Assembly (NCBI GenBank): GCA_000826855.1
Contig: JTLS01000465.1
Span: 1 to 35,329 of the forward strand
Source: Basidioascus undulatus
Taxonomy: Eukaryota
Length of the DNA: 35,329 nt
Direction: 5' to 3'
Positions 10,131-19,443 of the stretch are shown here, piece after piece. Position numbers and translations under genes: made by a program. The notes under the pieces are model-generated. The model had not been told where the DNA came from. It saw only the letters and a list, made by a program, of their open reading frames with translations, and did no database searches. The first letter of the stretch is position 1. Each line of letters starts with the position of its first letter.

Positions 10131-12699
10131 CGTCTCTCCTTTACCGTCCTCGTTATCGCCAGCAGTGTTATCGTCGTTGAGAATGAGAATGAGAATGCAA
10201 ACAGAAGACAGTAGCAAGGAACGGGTAACTCGCAGCCCCTTGCCCCGCCGCCCGCGCCCGTCTCGTCTCGTGTCTGCTGCGTCGCACAGGGGAACGCATC
10301 TGCCATCGCCCGGCAACCGAGAGCGTGAAGCATCGCCTAGCGCAACAGCATAGCGCCACACGTGCGCGGCACTGCGATGCCGAGCGAGGCGAGCGGGCGA
10401 GGGGGAAGACGCTCAAGGGACGGACGAATAGAAGACGGCGGCGTGCGCACACGCTCGCCTCGCTCACCCCAACGGCCTACGCCTCCTCCCACGCATCTCT
10501 CCTCTCTCTTCCAACCATCATAACCGTGACTACCATCCCACGCTCTGCAGCACAATACCAGCCCGTCATCCCTCCCTCGTTCCAGGCCAGGGCACCCAAG
10601 CCCCCACTCCCTCCTGACTTGACCCACGCACACTCACAGTTCACTTCCTAACAATCCCACCCAATCTCGGAATCCTACACGTTCAATCCGCGCTCGTAAT
10701 TCTCCTGCGCCTGAATCTGATTCTGCGTCTGCGTCGGCCGGGTCCGCTGATCCGTGCCTCCTCGGCATACGTCCGCGCCGGGCGGGGGTCGTGCGGGTTG
10801 GGGGGTATCCGTCCGGGTTAAAAGACTAAGAGTCTGGAGGTTCAAAATGGGCGCGGATGGATGCGTGTGTGCGTTTATGCGTGGAAAGCGGAGGGAGGAA
10901 CGGAGGAAGGTCGGCCGATTGAGCGCACGAGCACGACCAGGGCATCAAGGAAAGCCAGGTCGTCGAATCGATGCCTGGTTAGTTTGAGGTGCAGACTGCG
11001 CTGCCTCCACGCCTTACCCTTCTTCTCGCTCGTTTGTATGCTGAAAGGTATACCAGATAGCTTGGGAATGACTTTGAAAGATTTTCAGCGCCGTGCTGTG
11101 GAATCACGGGAGTCCCAACTCAGGAGTGCGCCCAGCACGCTGGTCCCCGGCGCACGGTGCTTCACAGCGGCTAGCTTATCTCGTCTTGGGGATCTATCCG
11201 ATGCATAAAGCACATATCAAATGTATTACGCCAAGTTTTTCTCCCCGAAAGGAGAACAACATCCACGGGAAGAATGAAAAGCCCGACAAGCGGCTCCACA
11301 GTGGTGTCCTCCTGGTCCCCGCTCCCTCCTTGTTCTTCTTCACTTCTCCCCACTCCAACGAAAAAGCATTCCAGCGGTCTGCAGCCTTTAATGGTTGATA
11401 ACTAAATCCAGCTCTCCTTCCCAGGATGCCGAGGCAACCTCCCATCCTCCAACTCCCGCCAACTTAGCAACCCGCGCCCTCCGCGCTGCCAGTCATCCGC
11501 ACTTCACTTTGAAAGCTGCTTGTCTTCCTCCCCTAAATTATAGTGGGATTCCCCAAACTATCAATGTGCGGATGGAGCAGGTAATCCGGTAGCCTCGGAT
11601 ATCAGTGATTCCCGTCTCCGTCTCCATGGGGCTCTCCAAGCCCGCACCACTCAACAAGACCGCGGCTCAGCCAGTCAGACCGGACCAATAGACCAGCAGC
11701 TGGGATTAACTTTGCCCGTTTTCCAGTGCAGACCCGAAAAGGAGAGAGGAGCGCTTCAGGGATGGAAGCCAGCACACAGTGCACCATTTTCGAATGTTCA
11801 AGCGAGCCTTTCAGCCAGTCTCTTATGTCGCTGAAGGCTTGACATTGCTCGCGGAATCACTTGAAACACAGCTCCCTATTTCTCCACAGGCTTCCAGAGC
11901 GCGGGCAACGGGGGGTGCGGTCAGCGTGCAGCACAGGATAGCGGCCATCACAAGTCGATACCGGGTGGTTCTCAAGGCAAAAGCGGTGTACGCTCTCAGT
12001 GCCCTAAGCATAGCCTAGACTATGCTATAAATGATGAAACTTAAATTTGCGTCCCTTCAAACTAAGATATCACTGCAGTCCCGCCGCTCCTGGACATTGT
12101 CGGTACCTCCTTAGCGAGCTCGACGAATCCCATTGAGGTCATGAATCGCATTTTCACCAGCCCGAGGGCCCAGCTCTCCCCCGTCTCATTTACATGATTT
12201 CAGGGAGTACGACCCCTAAACTGCCCAAGAGAACGAGCGAAGAAGGTCCGGAACAAGTCATGCCGGGAAACATGACCACGGCGCTGCGCCAGCTTGAGGA
12301 CTTCTGAAGACTGCGGTTAATGAGTGCGTTGTCTGATGTCCACATTGAGTCCCTTAAGATCCAGTTTCTGTTAGTATTCTGAAGAGCGGGAGGTAGCTGT
12401 TTGTTGGGAAGTGGGGCGGGTTTCAGGCGGGTCCGGTGCGTCAAAACCGTGCGGAAGAGGCTGGCGTCCCATGAGCGGCTTCCCATTGAGTCAGGGCATC
12501 ATTTCCAATGTGCAGAGAACTCTGAGGGGGTGGGTGAAAATGCGGAAAAGAAAGAAGTTCTCAGGAGTGGCCCGTGCGTCACGGATCGCTTGCTGCTGCG
12601 CAGGACGACACGCAAACGCGGCGCATACATGTGTAGATGCATAACGGACACAGCCGAGCTGCATACAAACGCTCCACAAAAGTGAAAACCAGTGAAGAC

Positions 12700-13562
12700 A
12701 GCAACCCTCCCAAAACCCGGACCTACCGCATGTCCCATAGCATCCCCCGGACAGCCTGCTCGACGATCCAAGTCCTCAAATCGCCCCGTCCCAAACTCTC
12801 GAGACTTCCCACCATCTGAAGGCCTTCTCTGGCCGCTGATAGTTCTGCCAATCCGCCACGAAGGTCGCAACTCTGCCCAAAAGAGGCTGTCCCGTTGCCA
12901 TGGTGACCACCACCATGACGCGCTCCAAGAGGGGTGTACGATCGACCGAGTGTATCAAATTCTGCATCTTGTTAGAAAGTTCATACGCAGAGGACCCCGC
13001 CACAAAGTGCGTAAGTGCGGGTGCGGGCTTTGTTGAATGGTCCAATGCCTCATCCCAGTATCGAATGTGAGGGTGAGCGATCCTCTGGCATTTGTGATAG
13101 TCGGTGGCAATGCTCGAAAAGTTTATTATCCATTCGCCGACATATTCCTCCAGGCCAACAGCTGCGCGGAACGGCTGGCGGATGTGAGCCAGAAGATCTA
13201 TCCCTGCTAGGTAGCGTGGGTAGCTAGTCGCGAGGCGCTGAATATTCGGAGCAACGGCTTGAGAATAATCGAGAGCTCGTTTGCGTAGCCAGTCGGCAGT
13301 GCGTTGGAAGGGCGCGTGAAGCGGAGCGCGATCGAGTGGACATGCTTCGCTAGGTCAGGCCGAGTCCAAAAAGTCCGAGCAAGGTAGGTTTAACGTGTAC
13401 CGTTGCTGCAGACGATCGAGCCATAAATGGCCTTAGTTGCGATGGGGTTGAGGTCTTTCGTGACGAGGCAGAGTGCGGCGAGTGTCGCCGAGTTGCGGGC
13501 GTATCGACTTCGCCGATGATGAGCGCGAGAATGTCGTGCGGGAGCTTGGGACCGCGAGACAT
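12700..13562 (-). pseudogene. F-box-like protein pseudogene
   Basis: ATG 13562 begins MSRGPKLPHDILALIIGEVD. After a frameshift near 13500 it reads ARNSATLAALCLVTKDLNPIATKAIYGSIVC, then a premature TAA (13390-13392), then TYLARTFWTRPDLAKHVHSIAL. This is the usual basidiomycete F-box pattern (LP.DIL..I...TL..LCLV.K...A...Y; L.RT...RPDLA..V.S.). Further stops and frameshifts follow. The 3' boundary is approximate. Confidence 0.7.
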
Positions 13563-14467
13563 GATGGACGTGTTTGGAATATGCGATACGATTGAGCAGT
13601 AGCGGGAAATCGGGGGGTCGTCAAGGTAGTAGTGGTCAAGGGGCAACCAGGGCGGTGGGGCTTGAGAACGGAAGAATCCGTAACCCCGGCATCTGCAGTG
13701 TCCGCCTCCTTTTCGCTTGCAGGATTCTTTGCCTCAAAATAATTTTGCTTTAACGAAAATCTGGTGCGGAACTAAGATATGTCCAGTGTGAAGACAACGC
13801 CCAGCGCAATTAGTGACTTGTGCATAAGGGAGTTTCAGGGAAGCGCACCACGCCACTAACTACTTAATCCGGCGGTGAGTAGGCCAATAAAAGTTGGGAC
13901 ACGGTGAAGAATCAACAGGTATACTTGTCCAGGAAGCAAAGTTTAGTGTCGGGTTCACCCCACTGTGAATGAATCGAAGCTTGCCTCACTGCAGCTCAAT
14001 GGTAACATTTCCTTGATCTTCACAGGTGCACTATCTCCTTGAGGGCGCTCATACTGTCTCGAAGTCCATCCCTGCCGCGTTGCAGACTGCAGCACGACAT
14101 CTTCCGATGGACGGCTGCAAGCCCATGCTTGAGTTGTTTTCCACGCCACATACCCCTCGTATTCCCAAATTCAACTATATTCTTCAAAGAAACCGTTCTA
14201 TGTCAGCAAGACCGGAGCTGCCCGTTCCGGAGGTTGGCCGCTGCACCGCTGCCCGACGTCATAACACCGCGATAGTCCTTCTCGTGACCATCATGTCCGC
14301 ATGGTCTTCTTCCTTTCATGGCTCCATCCTGCACCAGAATTCCCATCCGGCTCTTCTTGTCGGCCGCGAAGCAGGATAACTTGGGTTCTTCGGGCCGGAT
14401 GGCTCGTAAAAGCGTCTTCAAAGTGCACCATCGTGTTTCGTAGCCACACTTCACACTCACCATCAAA

Positions 14468-16078
14468 ATGCTCGTTCCTCTTGGCTTACTCGCCCTTCCT
14501 ATCGTCGCTTCTGCGTCTCATCTGAGGGAGAGGAGCCAAGCTCCCTCGTTTATCGGACCATTCGATAAGATCAACCTTACCGCGCCGGACGGCTCGATAT
14601 CCGCCTCGTTGCTGAGCTTCGGAGCAACACTGACGGTACACTAACATTCCGTCTCATCCCGCACTCAAGCCCACACTCACGCTTCATTCCTCTTCTTTGC
14701 TATGCCAGAACCTCTGGGTCCCCGACCGCGTTGGCCAGAAGCGGGACGTCGTGCTGGGCTACGACAATACGACGGTGTACGCGGACCCGCCGGACAAGTA
14801 CTGGGGTCCCATCGTCGGGCGATACGCGAACCGGATCAAGAACGCTGCTTTTCAACTGGACGGAAAGCAGTATAATATCTCGGCTAATGAGCATGGCGGA
14901 CTGAATTCGTTGCACGGTGAGCTGCTCGGCAGTCTGCGGTAGATTGCGGCGCTGAACAGGACTGCTGTAGGCGGCAAGGTCGGCTGGGACTTGCGGCCTT
15001 GGACGATCGAAGCTTTGAATGCGTCGAGTGTCACTTTCTCTCTGCTCGGTACGTTCGGCGCATTAGGAAAGCCAGATGACTGCTCACTGTGAGTCTGCGC
15101 GAGCAGATCCCGCCGGGGCGATGGGCTTCCCTGCGACTGTGGAAGTCCGAGTGACGCACAATCTTCTGGCTGGGTCGAAATGGAGGCTAGAAATCGACGC
15201 CACGGCTGACGCGTATGTTACTGCTGCGTATTCTCTGGGCTTTCGTCCTGCTGCCGCTGACGATGTTGTGCTGTCAGGCGTACTCCGCTGCTCATCTCTT
15301 CTCACAACTACTGGAACCTTGACGGATACCAAGACCCGTGCGTCTACCTTCTTCCCCTTATTTTCTCTCCAGCTTGACCGACAGCGGGATCCGCACAGCG
15401 ACTCCTCCATCCTGAACCACACGCTGCACCTCCCGCGCGCCCTACAATACGTCAAGACCGATGAGATCCTGATCCCCACCGGCGAGTTGCCGTCCGTGAA
15501 CGGGACAGCCTACGACTTCACGACATCACGCCCGATCGGCAGCCGGTGGAACGAGACGTGGGGGTACTGCGGGACGGGCTGCCAAGGTTCCTCTATCCCT
15601 CTTTCTTCTTGCTTCCCACGCTGACCGAGGGAAACCTAAACTTCCAGGCTACGACAATGCCTTCGTCCAAGCTGCATCCGAGCGGGTGCCAGAGTACCTG
15701 TCCCCCAACGCCGACCCCGCTCTCGTATTCGCCTCCCCAGCATCCGGCATCCGCCTCTCGATCCACTCCGACCAGCCTGCCATCCAACTGTACACGACCT
15801 CCGGATTCAACGGGACAATACCAAGGAAGGAGTCCCAGGGCGGCCCGGGGGAGACGTACGGGAAGTGGACGGCGGCTGTTATTGAGCTTGAGGGTGAGTT
15901 GCGGTGGGAGCGAGAGGGGTGGGTGTGTGAGAGGGGGAACGCTGATACGGGTATGGTATGGGGAATGGGGATAGGTGTTATCGATGCGATTAGCCATCCT
16001 GAGTGGGGGATCGACCAGGTTTATGGGAATGGAACGGAGTATCGGTGGGTGAGTTTATACTCTTTCGACACGTTCTGA
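14468..16078 (+). CDS. Secreted aldose 1-epimerase (galactose mutarotase-like), 8 exons
   Basis: Signal peptide MLVPLGLLALPIVASA. Conserved segments FGATLT|NLWVPDR...RDVVLGYD, GPIVGRYANRIKN, NSLHGGKVGWD, GFPATVEV, SSHNYWNLDG, LIPTGEL, GYDNAF, SDQPAIQLYT and AVIELEG include the catalytic His and Glu positions. Several N-glycosylation sequons are present. Stop TGA 16076-16078. Confidence 0.93.
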
Positions 16079-17167
16079 AGGGCATGAAAAGGGAACTCGA
16101 GCTGTGGAAAGGCGGATTTACCACATGGACTATGTTCGAATTGGCGTCATTAGCGTGTTGAATGCCAAAATTTTCCTTGTCCCTGCGTTCCACCTACAAG
16201 AAGAGGAGGAGGCTGTGAGGTTTGTTCAATGGGACGCCGTCCAGCTACATATTTTGACCGGCACTTCATAAGTCTTCGACCTGGTACATACGTTATCTTC
16301 AATGAGCTGAATCCCCTTCACATTCAGCTTGATTCGGCGGTACGTTATGCAGTCGACGCAGGGCAAGCTGCGCCTCCAGCGTCGAACACTCCAGGAAGTT
16401 GGAACGCCTTTATAGGTCTTATAACATGAAACGCCCTATGGATACCATGAGCCCTGCGACAACAGCAATGTAGCTTTAAGTGCAATCTGTCATCGTCCAG
16501 GTTGGAAAGCAGTTGGCAAGCCTGAGTGGTCCGCAGCATCGAGTGGCCTCAAAGGGGCTGGCCTGAACTGTGGTTCATCCGCTTACACCTGCTCATTGAT
16601 GTTCTTAATCCAAGAGAAGCTCTAGCCGTACCATACTTGTTCAAACAAAAGCCTACTGCGGTTTAAAGGACAGTGGTGATGGCATGCGTGTCATCGAGCA
16701 AGAACTTTGCTGCTCATCCGCTGCCAGAGAATCAATTTGAGGCAGGGCCAGGTTTCTAGACGAGATGCCTTTTCAACGGTGCTTCCAGCTCTCACTAAGC
16801 ACTCTGCACGAATGCGGATGGTGCATATGGAGACAGCTAGAGCCATGGGAGGGCAAGGCGTCTTATCGACGGTGGTGGTCCCGTTGCATGGCTTTCGTGG
16901 ACTGGATTCTGGCTCCAGAAGGAAAAGGCATTTTAGAACCTTCAATTAACGATTGCAAGGCTCCATTCCATGTTTTGTCTTCCCCAATGAAGTCGTACTC
17001 GTTGGGAGGCGCTGCGAGCAGTCCCCGCTTACCTAATGCCAACAGAAGGAGAATTCCCACGTTGGGCAGAAAAGCTTCTTGCTCCCGCCCTCACGCTCTG
17101 CCTCTTCCCTCAGCTCGCCTCGCGCCCCTCGTCGCCGCCGTCGTCCTCAAGGTCTCGCCCAGTCGCC

Positions 17168-18059
17168 ATGTCGTCCAAGATCCTCCGCTCCGCGAACGCG
17201 CCGCAGACGCCCCCCGACGAGACCGAGCTCGCGGTCGCGCAGGCGCTGCTCGACCTCGAGAACAACGTGCCCGAGCTCAAGGCCGAGCTCCGCCCGCTCC
17301 AGATCTCTGCTGCCCGCGAGGTCGACGTCAAGGGCGGCAAGAAGGCCATCGTCGTCTTCGTCCCCGTTCCGCAGCTCAAGGCGTTCCACAAGATCCAGCA
17401 GCGGTGAGTGTGCGATCATTTGGTCTCAAGATCGTCGATGGGGGTGCTGATCAACTTTTTGTCCTTGCAGCCTCACCCGTGAGCTCGAGAAGAAGTTCTC
17501 CGACCGCCACGTCGTCTTCGTCGCCCAGCGCCGCATCCTGCCCAAGCCGACGCGTCGCTCCCGCGTCCTGCAGAAGCGCCCGCGCTCGCGCACCCTCACC
17601 TCGGTGCACGAGAAGATCCTCGAGGACCTCGTCTTCCCGACCGACATCGTCGGCAAGCGCACCCGCCAGGCCACCGACGGCTCCAAGCTCCTCAAGGTGT
17701 ACGTCCACCCCCCTTTTCTTGCTTTTGGGTGGGGGTGCCTATTCTCTGCGCGCGACGAAGGAGGAAACACCGCTTTTCGCTGGAGCCGCACGAGTCGCCG
17801 CACTCGCTGTACAGAGCTCGCGTGCTGACCTCTAGCCGCACTGCCTTGCGTTTGCTTGTCCAGCTTCCTTGACAGCAAGGACGCCCCCTCCCTGGAGCAC
17901 AAGCTCGACTCGTTCTCGTCCGTCTACCGCCGCCTTACCGGCAAGGACGTCGTACGTTTCCCTCTGCACCGCTCTTCTGCTCTCCTTCATTTCCTCTGAC
18001 AAATTATGTGTTCCCATCAGGTCTTCGAGTTCCCCGCTGTCGTCGCCGAGAACTTCTAA
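17168..18059 (+). CDS. RPS7: 40S ribosomal protein S7 (eS7), 4 exons
   Basis: MSSKILRS...[82 protein letters not shown]...[30 protein letters not shown]...KV|FLDSKD...[14 protein letters not shown]. Introns at 17404-17470, 17699-17863 and 17952-18020. Codon bias is extreme, as expected for a highly expressed gene. Confidence 0.98.
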
Positions 18060-18299
18060 GCGTCTCGCTTGTGTTCTCTATTCCCAAAAAGGGTCGGGCA
18101 GGCTGCAGCTTGCGGGCTTGTCATCTGGCGCACGACCCTTTTCTTCCATGTCTATGATCCTGCGTCGGGCGCGGCTTGCATGCAGCATGTCTTTCCTATG
18201 ATGTCGGAGTGTGTGTGCGTAGACAGGCCGGGATCCGTTACGTATGTGTGCGGAAGTGCGATCACAGTTTTCTCAACTCGCCGTCGTGCCTGCGTGCGA

Positions 18300-18604
18300 T
18301 CTAAGGCGCAGAGGAAGACGGTACGCAGGAATACTGTGCCCCCTTGCTCCATGCCAGGCTGCGGCGAGCGAGCGAGCAAGAAGCGCCGGGAGTTGTACGA
18401 GCGCGGCATGGCCGACTTCGNGGGGGGGGGGGGGTGCATGAAGATGCGGTACTGTTCCGTCGAGCGTCAGAGAGGTGAGTCCTCATCTTCCGTCGCCTGC
18501 ACCGGTCTGTACAGGTCAGGTTAACTGCCGCACAACGTATACACAGTGACTGGAGGGAGCATAAGGCTGTTTGCAAGCGCAGTGTAGGCGAGGGTGTTCT
18601 CTAG
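18300..18604 (+). pseudogene. MYND-type zinc-finger gene relic (3' fragment)
   Basis: PCSMPGCGERASK...GGCMKMRYCSVERQR, an intron (GTGAGT 18475 to CAG 18546), then DWREHKAVCK and TAG 18602-18604. The conserved C of ECQR is R here (CGT), the splice joins out of frame by 1 nt, and no upstream body of the gene is evident. An N within a poly-G run at 18421 limits certainty. Confidence 0.65.
18420..18434. repeat. Poly-G tract containing an ambiguous base (N at 18421)
   Basis: Sequence reads gNggggggggggggg, a likely point of assembly uncertainty. Confidence 0.8.
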
Positions 18605-19443
18605 AGCTTGAATCAAGGCAGATAACGGACGGGTTCCTATTCTTCAATGTTGGAGGCATTCATACTCGACAGTGTAAGTTCGATGTCGGGACGTCACAGA
18701 TGCAGCCTCAGAACGCGTTCAATCCGCAGCGCAGTCCTCTCGCTCTGAATAGTCACGATGTTGTGCGTTGCGAGCATTATGGCAGCATCCTAAACGGCAG
18801 CATTAGGTATTCTGGTGCCTTCCCACGTGCCCATGGTACAATCCTTGGGTTGTTGTTGCCGTCGCAAGATGCAGCCCGGGCACTGGCAGACCACAGCCTC
18901 TCGCGCTCGCGCTCTCTCTAATCCCATCTGACCTACTGGCAAGTCCTTGAAGACGCTGTCTGCATATGGCCTTCGATGTTTTCATTTACTTTTACCTCCG
19001 TGCTAACACTCATGCTCTGTACTCTTGCAAAAATTGCAGGCCAGCTGATAAGCACCCTGCCATTTTCGGGTCTCCACACGGGCGTGTCGGCCGTCAAGTC
19101 TCTCGGGAGCCCCGGCCGGGCTCACGTGCAGCCCTGGCCTCGCCGAAATGATCGCTCGGTTAGTCAGCAAGCGCGTTCCTCCAGAGCCTCCTCCGAATCC
19201 CAAGCTGCGAACGAGCGAGCGCGCACGGGTTGGTGCTGACTCGTTTCCATCGCGCTGACGCTCTTGCTCGGATAGCTCGTACTGGGAAGCCACTCGAGGC
19301 GGACTGACAGGCGCTGACTTCTCTACGCTCCTTTGTGACTCGAAACTTTCGATCCGCTCTACTCTCCCATCGAGCTGGACGATCTTCTCTTATCTCATTG
19401 ACCATCTCAATCTATACCCCTCCCCTCCCCCTTCCCGCCCGAC

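Noticed and set aside
8484..10361. 625-aa single ORF from the ORF track taken as a complete gene
   Set aside because: Its last ~90 codons are the antisense of a better-supported + strand coding region, and its first ~77 codons look like 5' leader, including a GAGAAT microsatellite.
10650..10735. Clustered AATC/GATT motifs and CTGCGT/CTGAAT short repeats
   Set aside because: Too short and irregular to distinguish from chance or to assign to a transcription factor.
16200..17050. AT-richer intergenic block upstream of RPS7 as a possible transposon relic
   Set aside because: I found no terminal repeats, target-site duplication or recognisable transposase/RT peptide in the frames I read.
16765..17835. 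356-aa ORF overlapping RPS7
   Set aside because: Off-frame read-through caused by the extreme GC3 bias of RPS7; no recognisable protein features.
17699..17863. Intronic snoRNA in RPS7 intron 2
   Set aside because: No convincing C box (RUGAUGA) and no properly placed H (ANANNA) plus terminal ACA boxes; kept only as a structured-intron finding.
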